From: an uncultured Bacteroidota bacterium
GTDB taxonomy: Bacteria; Bacteroidota; Ignavibacteria; UBA10030; UBA8401
Assembly (NCBI GenBank): GCA_963827085.1
Contig: CAWGZY010000007.1
Span: 115,039 to 179,038, forward strand
Length of the DNA stretch: 64,000 bases
Reading direction: 5' to 3'
Both the position numbers and the translations under genes were made by a program. Under the pieces are notes generated by a model, which did not search any database, had not been told where the DNA came from, and was given only the letters and a program-made list of their open reading frames with translations. Each line of letters begins with the position of its first letter. Position 1 is the stretch's first letter. Positions 9,919-17,957 of this stretch are shown here, one piece after another.

Positions 9919-9955
9919 CAGGGTTCCAGTCTCGAGTTCTGGCGTGTACACACAT
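9919..9955 (+). repeat. Degenerate direct repeat of the tRNA-Lys 3' end (T-arm plus acceptor; about 77% identity over 35 nt)
   Basis: GGGTTCCAGTCTCGAGTTCTGGCGTGTACACACAT compared with tRNA GGGTTCCAGGTTCGAGTCCTGGTGGGTGCACACCA, 365 bp downstream of the tRNA. Confidence 0.4.
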
Positions 9956-10067
9956 ACGCCCGAATTCGATTAGTGAACCAATCTTCACGTATCTTCTTTC
10001 GCCGCTATCTCAAAAAGCCCTTGTACAATATTCTAATGGCAATCGTAAACCGGTTGAAGATAGCTTG

Positions 10068-11042
10068 TTACTTGTTCGTCCCCAAATTTTGTTTTAGATA
10101 GCGTTCCATGATCCGTTTAATGAATTCTTCTTTATTGATTGTCATTAAGATTTCTGCATTTGGGTCTTTTGAATCATCCATTAACGTATAGCCGGAATCA
10201 TCGACGTGAATATTGGATTTTCGGCTGGTGAACAGTTCAGGCCAAAGGACATATCCAACGGCGACCGCGTCATACAGAGTCGGATCGGAGTTCGCATAAC
10301 TTTCAGAGAGCCACAATGAATACAAACCGCACAATGCATTCGTTAACGGCGACTGACGCATTAAAAGGCGGTTGCGGTTAGCTTCATTTAATTTTACGAA
10401 GGTTGTCACATCCAGACCGGCATAGACGATATTTGCGCCGCTAGCCGCAAACATTTTTGATGCTTCGATATCAGCCCGTACATTCCACTCTGCATCGGGA
10501 ACAGGACCGCCGTTATACCCCATATAAAAAGAGCCAAACATCGAAACAACTTTTTTTGCGAGCTTTAATGCGTCTTTGTCTTTCTTGATTACCTCTTTGA
10601 TATTGCAGACTGGTCCAACGGTAAAGACTATTACTTCGTTTGGATATTTTTTAAGATTGCTGATAATAAAATCCGCCGCATTAATGTTCGATGGTTTTAG
10701 TTTATCAAAGCCTTCTGACCAATAAAATTGATTGGAACGGCCGGCAATTTCTTTGTCGACGCCGACAATTGTAGGTGTAGGTGCTCCTACGATGACCGGA
10801 ATATCTTCCCTGCCTGCCTCGTACAGCAACTTCAGGGTCGTTCTTGCTCGAAGAGGCGTATTGCCATGGTCCATCACAAAGCCAAGGACGTCAAACTCCG
10901 GGCTGTTGAGAACGAGCGCAACGGCGAAAGCATCGTCAATATCACCACCGAGATCGCAGTCAAAAATTATTTTCTGCTTTTCATTGCCGGATGCAAAAAG
11001 CGGAATTAGGAATACTGTCAAAAGCAAAAATGTTTTTTTCAT
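10068..11042 (-). CDS. Nucleoside hydrolase (inosine-uridine preferring, IU-NH family), secreted or periplasmic
   Basis: N-terminal DCDLGGDIDDAFA aspartate cluster (the IunH calcium-binding signature); signal peptide MKKTFLLLTVFLIPLFASG; start at the MKKTF ATG with a GGAG RBS. Confidence 0.85.
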   Translation of the reverse strand: MKKTFLLLTVFLIPLFASGNEKQKIIFDCDLGGDIDDAFAVALVLNSPEFDVLGFVMDHGNTPLRARTTLKLLYEAGREDIPVIVGAPTPTIVGVDKEIAGRSNQFYWSEGFDKLKPSNINAADFIISNLKKYPNEVIVFTVGPVCNIKEVIKKDKDALKLAKKVVSMFGSFYMGYNGGPVPDAEWNVRADIEASKMFAASGANIVYAGLDVTTFVKLNEANRNRLLMRQSPLTNALCGLYSLWLSESYANSDPTLYDAVAVGYVLWPELFTSRKSNIHVDDSGYTLMDDSKDPNAEILMTINKEEFIKRIMERYLKQNLGTNK

Positions 11043-11159
11043 GGAGATTCCTCTTTGTGGTCGCATTGGAAAGCGAACCGGCAGTCCCCTCAAAGTTCGC
11101 CGTTGATTTGTTGATTTTTGTTGCAGAAAAAGTAGTTGAAAGAAGGAAAAGAATCAAGA

Positions 11160-11200
11160 ACAAAAAACCCGGTGTTGGGGGGAACACCGGGTTCGACCCT
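11160..11200 (-). terminator. Rho-independent terminator on the minus strand, 118 nt upstream of the nucleoside hydrolase start
   Basis: Minus strand reads AACCCGGTGTT-CCCCCC-AACACCGGGTT followed by TTTTTT. Confidence 0.65.
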
Positions 11201-12349
11201 TTCGAGGTGCAACAATGAGGGAGGCATCGTTGCACAGGTCGAAACTAATTTAGAAAATTGGTCGGGGAGTGTCAAGTCTCGCTCCTGAAGATAGGAGAGT
11301 GCTTCAATATCAATCTTGATCTCTTTCGTGCGAACGTCCCAAGGGAATTTCTTAAAACTGGTCAAAAGGACTTCTTCGAAGTATGCAGAAACATAATGTC
11401 GCCAAGGCGTGATTGATAAAAAATGCTCCTACGGGTGTACTCAAGTTTGGCACGGTGATGGACGCCTTATCAATTTATCTTGCCTAAAATTTTAGCATAA
11501 TGCGTTTTTGGAGCAAGGTGTCCGTTACCTCTCGCAAGAGTGCAAAATTGATCACTACCTGAGATTGCGTCGAGAAACTTTTAATTACGTGAAATTATTT
11601 TAGTGAGAAGCAGAAACCCACCGCCTGTGGCAGTGGTTATATCCAGTTGGGTATGCCTGTTATTCCGGTCGAGTTCCGCTTTCAGGCGGGACGAAGAACC
11701 GGAATCCAGTTCCGCTGATTGACTCTGGATTTAATTTTTTCGGGCGTTGTTCGCTATAACTATAGCATTCTCGTTTTTTTTCCACGATTTAACGTTTCAC
11801 TCCTGCTGAATGTATCTTGAATAGTGTGCCGTCGGCTTTTTTCTTGTTAAATCTCAATTAATTCATGTGCCAACGTTCAGGAATGGCTTAAATCCTTAGT
11901 TTTTTCTTGACAAGCCTAAATATTCGGTTATATTACTGTCAAATAGGCGAAAGTCTGCAAGAAGCATTTGAATTGATTGCGATAACTACTTCTGGAACGT
12001 ACACTGGTTTTTAGGATTGCGTTGTAGGCGTCAATCTGTCTTCTTTTCGAGGCACAATGAGAAGACAGAGATCATGCGATTTGCAGCGATTGTGGTGAAG
12101 AATACGCCGCATCAAATAGCCGTGGTATTCCTTTCCGTGCGTTCGTCTAAGTCCGGGATCATCTAAGAAGACAGCTGACGTCGATGAAAGCAGCTTTCGC
12201 CAAGCGGCGAGCAAAAGGCGAAGGAGAATGTCAGGTTAACCTGGCAATATATAATACAGCCGGTGTCGTGCAAACGGCTGCGATGGAAACCCGAGAAAAG
12301 ACTGGAGAATCGCAGATTCAATGAAATAATACTTTTCGAAGGACTGAGA

Positions 12350-12379
12350 GGAGCACTTGAAAAGGGTGCTCTTTTTTTT
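12350..12379 (+). terminator. Rho-independent terminator on the plus strand, ending a transcript from the ORF-free region just upstream of ygfZ
   Basis: GGAGCAC-TTGAAAAGG-GTGCTCT stem followed by T8. Confidence 0.7.
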
Positions 12380-12420
12380 GAGAAATTATTTCTCCTCTAT
12401 ATGTGTTGAACCTATAGCGA

Positions 12421-13458
12421 ATGAATGACATCACGACATACATGCCGGAACAATTGTACCAGCTTCCTTTGCTCGAGTATTATCAGCGTTTAAACATTCC
12501 GTTGATAGAGCGGGGTGGATGGCTGTTGCCGTCCCGGTTTCATAGCTTGGCTGATGAGCTAGACCTCTTCGAGCGTGGAGATGCTATCGTGGATTTTTCA
12601 GACCACGGACTTCTTCGCATAGAGGGAAGAGATGCGGTGGACTTTCTCAATAGAATTTCAACCAATGATTTCAGAAGTGTCAGCCCGGGAGAAGCGGTAC
12701 AAACTGTTTTAGTTACTGAGAAGGGAAGGATAGTAGATTCGGTCGTCGTTGTGCATAGAGACGATCATTTATTACTGATCGTGAGCTCCGGTGAACAGGC
12801 CAACGTCAAACAATGGATCGAGAGATTTATCATCGCTGAAGATCTGAGGATAGCCGATCGAACGGGAAAATATCTTCTTTTTGCGGCGTTCCATCCTGGG
12901 AATGTTTTAGAATGTCCGGTTGAAGAAAGCAAAGGCTTCATTTTTCGAGTCAGGTATTTCGATGATGATGTCGTGTTTTATCTTTTTGATGCAACATCCG
13001 TTTCTTCGGAAACGATGCGGCCGCTGCTAGACAACCAGGTCGGGAATGACGCTTTGGAAAATTATCGCATCGAGCACGGGATTCCTCGATGTAAGAACGA
13101 AATTATGAGAGAGTATAATCCCCTTGAATTGAACCTTTGGAATCAGATTAGTTTTACGAAGGGCTGCTATATCGGCCAGGAAGTGATAGCGCGGCTTGAT
13201 ACATATAAGAAAATTCAGCGAATACTCTGCAGATTTCGGACTGACGGCCGACTTCTCTCGGGGACAGAGTACCGGTTAGTATTGGCGGAGAAGGAGATCG
13301 GGACAGTATTGAACTTTAATCACGACGCCGGCGACAAAAAGAGTTTCGCAGGTCTTGCAGTGATCAGAAAAGAATTCGCAATTCTGGGAGCAAGATATTC
13401 GCTCACTGACAACTCAAGTTCAATCGTTATTGAGCATATTTTTGAACGGAGCGAATAA
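12421..13458 (+). CDS. ygfZ: YgfZ/CAF17-family folate-binding protein (aminomethyltransferase fold, Fe-S cluster repair)
   Basis: GcvT-like fold with the family-diagnostic KGCYIGQE motif. Confidence 0.8.
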   Translation: MNDITTYMPEQLYQLPLLEYYQRLNIPLIERGGWLLPSRFHSLADELDLFERGDAIVDFSDHGLLRIEGRDAVDFLNRISTNDFRSVSPGEAVQTVLVTEKGRIVDSVVVVHRDDHLLLIVSSGEQANVKQWIERFIIAEDLRIADRTGKYLLFAAFHPGNVLECPVEESKGFIFRVRYFDDDVVFYLFDATSVSSETMRPLLDNQVGNDALENYRIEHGIPRCKNEIMREYNPLELNLWNQISFTKGCYIGQEVIARLDTYKKIQRILCRFRTDGRLLSGTEYRLVLAEKEIGTVLNFNHDAGDKKSFAGLAVIRKEFAILGARYSLTDNSSSIVIEHIFERSE

Positions 13459-13462
13459 TCCG

Positions 13463-13963
13463 ATGGAAACAATAACAGTAGTTGCCGACGGGAAAAAAGA
13501 AAAGTACGAAGAATTGTTGCCCCAGCTTGAAGCCCTCATTGGCGATGAAAAGGATGTCATTGCAAATATGGCAAACGTCACCGCTGCATTGAAGACAACC
13601 TTTGCTTCCTATTCGTGGGTTGGTTTCTATCGGATGGAAAAAAAGGAATTGGTTCTCGGGCCATTTCAAGGTAAAGTCGCATGTGTTCGCATTAAGGTTG
13701 GAAACGGCGTTTGCGGAACAGCGGCGAAAGAGAAGAAAACGATTGTCGTTCCCGATGTCAACAGTTTTCCGGGACATATTGCCTGCGACCCTGACTCCAA
13801 GTCGGAAATTGTGGTTCCTATGATCTGCGACGGCAATATCTTTGGCGTTATTGATGTTGATAGTGACAGGTTGAATTCGTTCGACGAAATAGATCAGGTT
13901 TATTTAGAGAAGATTGCCGAAATCGTAGCGCGAAATTTTTCCCACCATCATAATTACGAGTAA
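13463..13963 (+). CDS. msrC: GAF-domain free methionine-(R)-sulfoxide reductase (fRMsr/MsrC)
   Basis: GAF domain with conserved LGPFQGKVACVRI...GVCGTAA...FPGHIACD...SEIVVP, including the catalytic Cys triad positions. Confidence 0.8.
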   Translation: METITVVADGKKEKYEELLPQLEALIGDEKDVIANMANVTAALKTTFASYSWVGFYRMEKKELVLGPFQGKVACVRIKVGNGVCGTAAKEKKTIVVPDVNSFPGHIACDPDSKSEIVVPMICDGNIFGVIDVDSDRLNSFDEIDQVYLEKIAEIVARNFSHHHNYE

Positions 13964-13966
13964 TTT

Positions 13967-14809
13967 GTGGCAAGACAAAAAGGGAAAATTCACCCTCTAC
14001 GTGCATACAAAAATCCATTTTTTTTGAACAGCAAAGATGCACGAGCGATAAGAATTCTCTCTGAATTTTTGGAGCCGCTGAGCCGATTCAATTATTATGG
14101 CGTTAAAGATATCATCGTTTTTTTCGGCTCGGCACGTATACAATCTCCTGCCGCTGCGCGAAAGAAGTTGGCAGAGATTACGTCGAAGCAAAAAAAGAAA
14201 AAGAAGACTGATTACAAACGATCGGAGGCATACCTAAAAGCCAAAACAGCAGTCGAAATGTCGGCTTACTATCGAGATGCTGCTGACCTTGCTTTCATGC
14301 TGACGAAGTGGTCGCAGTCGTTGAAAGAAAGGGGGCGTTTCGTGGTATGCACCGGCGGAGGACCCGGGATTATGGAAGCGGCTAACAAGGGCGCCACGCT
14401 AGCGAAGGGAAGGTCAATCGGCCTAAACATAGGCTTGCCGCTCGAACAATATCCTAACAAATACATCTCACCGGAGTTGAATTTTGAGTTCCATTATTTT
14501 TTTATGCGGAAATACTGGTTTATGTATCTTGGAAAAGCCTTAGTGGCGTTCCCCGGCGGTTTCGGGACTCTAGATGAGCTGATGGAATTGCTGACTTTGC
14601 TCCAAACAAAAAAAATAAAAAAAAAGATGACCGTAATTCTTTACGGCAGAAAATTCTGGGAACACATTTTAAATTTTTCTCACCTTAAAGAATATGGAAT
14701 GATTGACGGCAAAGACTTCGAGCTGTTTAATTTTGCGGACACGCCAAGCGAAGCTTTCGAATTACTGAAAAATGGTCTGATCAGGAATTATCCCCATCGG
14801 CCGGCCTAA
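13967..14809 (+). CDS. LOG family protein (TIGR00730, nucleotide 5'-monophosphate nucleosidase-like)
   Basis: GGGPGIMEAANKGA and PGGFGTLDEL motifs; GTG start directly after the msrC stop. Confidence 0.75.
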   Translation: MARQKGKIHPLRAYKNPFFLNSKDARAIRILSEFLEPLSRFNYYGVKDIIVFFGSARIQSPAAARKKLAEITSKQKKKKKTDYKRSEAYLKAKTAVEMSAYYRDAADLAFMLTKWSQSLKERGRFVVCTGGGPGIMEAANKGATLAKGRSIGLNIGLPLEQYPNKYISPELNFEFHYFFMRKYWFMYLGKALVAFPGGFGTLDELMELLTLLQTKKIKKKMTVILYGRKFWEHILNFSHLKEYGMIDGKDFELFNFADTPSEAFELLKNGLIRNYPHRPA

Positions 14810-14813
14810 TTTT

Positions 14814-15680
14814 TTGCAGATGAAACAACTAGACAAAAACGATATAAGTAAGTTCAAATCACTGATTTATCTCCTTGACGATGAAGATAATTCTATTTAT
14901 TCGCTTGCAAAAGAGCATCTGCTCTTAGCCGGAGAGCGGGCATTGCCTGTGTTAGAGGGGTATTTGCAAACGGATGATTCTCTGATGCAGCAACGTATAA
15001 GAGAAATTTATGAATTAATTTCTTTGAGCACGTTCAAAGATCAATTGCGCTCTTTTTGCGAAAAGCACAAATCTAAAATAGATTTAGAAGAGGGGGCTTT
15101 TTTGATTGCAAAACATGCTTTTCCCAGTGTAGATATGCACATTTATTCTGATCTGTTGAATTTTTTTGCAGCGGAATTTCAACCGCGTTTGGATCCCTCT
15201 GACCTTCCTGAGGAGATTGCAGGAAAGATTGGCAATTACTTCTCACACGAAAAGGGATTTTCGGGCAATGAAGCTGACTATTATAATACCGACAACCATT
15301 ACATCAACAAAGTCATTGAAACCAAACGGGGAGTTCCAATTACTCTCTCGGTTATCTACATGCTTGTTTTGCGCAGGCTAAATTTTCCGATTCAAGGGAT
15401 TGGGATGCCGGGTCATTTTATACTGAGGTATGAATTCGGAACAAAGTTTATATTTGCCGATCCATTCCACGGCGGGAAGATTCTCTCTGTCGACGATTGT
15501 AAAACGTCTTTGGCAAAATTGGGCTATCTGTTTAAAGATGAATATCTTGAACCGGTTACTGACAGGCAAATTCTTGAGAGAATGCTTCGAAACCTAGTCT
15601 TGGTGTTCGAAAAACAAAATCAGCCGATAAAGATGGAGGCATTATTGCAATGTATTGATATTCTGAATAGGAATGTTTAG
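14814..15680 (+). CDS. SirB1/YchA-family protein (transglutaminase-like superfamily with a TPR-like C-terminus)
   Basis: GVPITLSVIYMLVLRRLNFPIQGIGMPGHFIL matches the UPF0162/SirB1 core. Confidence 0.7.
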   Translation: MQMKQLDKNDISKFKSLIYLLDDEDNSIYSLAKEHLLLAGERALPVLEGYLQTDDSLMQQRIREIYELISLSTFKDQLRSFCEKHKSKIDLEEGAFLIAKHAFPSVDMHIYSDLLNFFAAEFQPRLDPSDLPEEIAGKIGNYFSHEKGFSGNEADYYNTDNHYINKVIETKRGVPITLSVIYMLVLRRLNFPIQGIGMPGHFILRYEFGTKFIFADPFHGGKILSVDDCKTSLAKLGYLFKDEYLEPVTDRQILERMLRNLVLVFEKQNQPIKMEALLQCIDILNRNV

Positions 15681-15690
15681 ATTCAATGAA

Positions 15691-16055
15691 GGGGGTGAAT
15701 GGTTTCGACGGGGTAGAAGATGGTTAGACATAAGCATACCGTGCTCTCCGAGTCGCACGATAATAAAACGGAACCAACTTAAGTGCAGACTACAACTACG
15801 CACTCGCTGCTTAATTAAAAATTAAGTGGCGCATCTTCGTGATGCTCTACCTGGCTAGTGTCACGCAAGGTGTCGACTTCAGTCGGGCGTGCTAATATCA
15901 ACGCTGGAGCGGTATTAGTGAATCTTTATACCAGATAGCCATGAGCATGACGAGTTCATCCATCGGCTCATGGCGAAATTTCACGAGATGAACTGAGTAT
16001 GGAGAAAGTCTAATGGTCATCACTTCGGACCGGGGTTCGAATCCCCGCACCTCCA
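15691..16055 (+). ncRNA. ssrA: Transfer-messenger RNA (tmRNA, ssrA)
   Basis: 5' GGGGGTGAATGGTTTCGACGGGG pairs with 3' GGACCGGGGTTCGAATCCCCGCACCTCCA (tRNA-like domain). Internal tag reading frame ends ...GAC TAC AAC TAC GCA CTC GCT GCT TAA (…DYNYALAA*), followed by a T-tract. Confidence 0.9.
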
Positions 16056-16085
16056 CTATTTTTGTTTTCAACAACACGTAGTATA

Positions 16086-16967
16086 ATGAAACAGCAGGAT
16101 GATCGCTGCATCGAGTTCATGAAAATGTCTGGAGCGGGAAACGACTTTGTTGTTTTGGACAATCGGAATGGTGCGGTCTCTGACCCGAAAATTTTTGCTC
16201 GCAAAGTATGCGATCGGCGTAATGGGATTGGGGCAGATGGCTTATTGCTACTGGAAACAAGCGCTAAAGCTGATTTTTTAATGAAGTATTACAACTCGGA
16301 TGGAAGCTACGGGGGAATGTGCGGTAATGGCGGGAGGTGCATAAGCCGGTATGCGTACGTCAAGCAGATAGTAAATCGCCCCGAAATCAACTTTGAAGCG
16401 CTGGAGCACGTATACGGCGCCTCTATATTACGAGATGGAGTTAGATTAACAATGAAGGATCCTTCGGACTTTCGTATAGGCCAGGTGATCCCTCTTTCTC
16501 GAACTCGTATTCGCTTTCATTTTGTAAATTCTGGATCTCCTCATTGCGTCATTTTTCTCGATGAGAACAAAGATTTAGTTTCCACGTTCGAAGAAATTGA
16601 TGTTTACGATATCGGCAAGGAAATCAGAAATCATAGCTATTTTTTTCCTGAAGGAACGAACGTAAATTTTGTAGAGCAGAAGGGTGGAAGTAGTTTCTTT
16701 GTCAGAACATATGAGAGGGGAGTTGAAGCAGAAACTTTAGCGTGCGGCACAGGATCGGTTGCGGTCGCTTTGATTGCCAACCAAGTGAAAAAGTCATTGT
16801 CTCCGGTAACACTGCATGTGCGAAGCGGGGAAACTCTAGCTGTAAATTTTAATACGACAAGCGATGGCAGGTATCTTGATGTCTCGCTAAGCGGAAGCGC
16901 GCACATTGTTTTTAGTGGGAAAGTCAATTATCAGTTTTCTTCCCAATCTATTGTCGATATTGTTTAG
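16086..16967 (+). CDS. dapF: Diaminopimelate epimerase
   Basis: FMKMSGAGNDFVVLD N-terminal signature and MCGNGGRCISRY; the ATG at 16086 is preferred over the TTG at 16062. Confidence 0.85.
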   Translation: MKQQDDRCIEFMKMSGAGNDFVVLDNRNGAVSDPKIFARKVCDRRNGIGADGLLLLETSAKADFLMKYYNSDGSYGGMCGNGGRCISRYAYVKQIVNRPEINFEALEHVYGASILRDGVRLTMKDPSDFRIGQVIPLSRTRIRFHFVNSGSPHCVIFLDENKDLVSTFEEIDVYDIGKEIRNHSYFFPEGTNVNFVEQKGGSSFFVRTYERGVEAETLACGTGSVAVALIANQVKKSLSPVTLHVRSGETLAVNFNTTSDGRYLDVSLSGSAHIVFSGKVNYQFSSQSIVDIV

Positions 16968-17869
16968 TGCTCCCAACCTTCCTCATTCTTAACCCTCGTT
17001 CAGGCAGCGGGAAAAACGAAAAACTTATTCCCCTCATTCGTGATCATTTCAGAGTGAATAATATCCGCTTCGATCTTCATGTAACAACATTCCCCGATGA
17101 TGCTAGGAGAGTTGCCGCCGAGGTGATGAAGAACTATCCTATAGTTGTCGCTGGCGGAGGAGACGGAACGGTCAATGAAGTAGTGAACGGAATAGCAGGT
17201 TCAGATTGCACACTGGGAATCCTGCCTTTGGGATCCGGCAATGATTTTGCAAACGTTTTAGCTTATCCTAAACAATTTAGAAAATATCTGCAAGTATTGA
17301 CCAGGCAGCAAATTAGGTCTATTGACTTAGGGTCAATTAAAGCAATAGATTCACGTTCAAAACAGAAAAGTAAATATTTTATTAATGCCGTTGGAATTGG
17401 GTTGGATGCAGAAGTAGCGAATGAGGCCGGAAAAATTCACAGGGTTCGTGGATTAGCCAAGTATGCAATAGCAGCGATGAAAGTGCTCTTTCGGTATAAG
17501 GCTGAATTTTCAATGGTTGTTGGTTCCGAATTTGAGAGCGAAGGAAAACATCTTTTGATTTCGGTGGGCAACGGAAAAAGTTCTGGCGGGGGCTTTTATT
17601 TGACGCCACAAGCCTTGCTGGATGATGGATTGCTCGACGTATGCATGGCAAAAGATCTTTCAACGCCTGAAATTTTAAAAATTTTTCCGTTTGTACTGAT
17701 TGGGAAGCATGCAAATTTCCAGAAAATTGATATCAAACGCACAAGAAAGCTAGTGGTAAAATCACAGGCAAATTTGCCGGTTCACGTTGACGGTGAGGTA
17801 ATAGGATTGGACATTCGCGAAATTACTGTTGAAATAATGCCGCTGGGCATCAAAATCATAAGACCTTAA
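16967..17869 (+). CDS. Diacylglycerol kinase-family lipid kinase (YegS/DagK-like)
   Basis: LILNPRSGSG and GGDGTVNEVVNG motifs; GTG start overlapping the dapF stop by 1 nt. Confidence 0.75.
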   Translation: MLPTFLILNPRSGSGKNEKLIPLIRDHFRVNNIRFDLHVTTFPDDARRVAAEVMKNYPIVVAGGGDGTVNEVVNGIAGSDCTLGILPLGSGNDFANVLAYPKQFRKYLQVLTRQQIRSIDLGSIKAIDSRSKQKSKYFINAVGIGLDAEVANEAGKIHRVRGLAKYAIAAMKVLFRYKAEFSMVVGSEFESEGKHLLISVGNGKSSGGGFYLTPQALLDDGLLDVCMAKDLSTPEILKIFPFVLIGKHANFQKIDIKRTRKLVVKSQANLPVHVDGEVIGLDIREITVEIMPLGIKIIRP

Positions 17870-17957
17870 TTATAGATTTTGGGGTATCAATTATTGATAT
17901 AATATGTGTTATGTAAAGTTACGGTCATGAAAAGCAATAGAGATGTTTTCGCTGATT

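Noticed and set aside
10728-11106. Plus-strand ORFs of 93 and 124 aa
   Set aside because: They are antisense to the well-supported nucleoside hydrolase gene.
11090-11365. 91-aa minus-strand ORF upstream of iunH
   Set aside because: It reads through a strong intrinsic terminator hairpin and overlaps the iunH start. It is possibly a gene remnant (the N-terminus looks protein-like) and is not called as a CDS.
12130-12260. Possible RNase P RNA (local AAGTCCGGG P4-like match and a GTCAGGTTAACCTGG P8-like hairpin)
   Set aside because: Only about 210 nt lie between the P4-like motif and the terminator. The other universally conserved RNase P blocks (GGGCAGG, ACAGAANCCGGCUUA) are absent. Kept only as part of the generic ncRNA candidate region.
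16010-16204. 64-aa minus-strand ORF
   Set aside because: It lies entirely inside or overlaps the tmRNA gene and the dapF start, so it is spurious.
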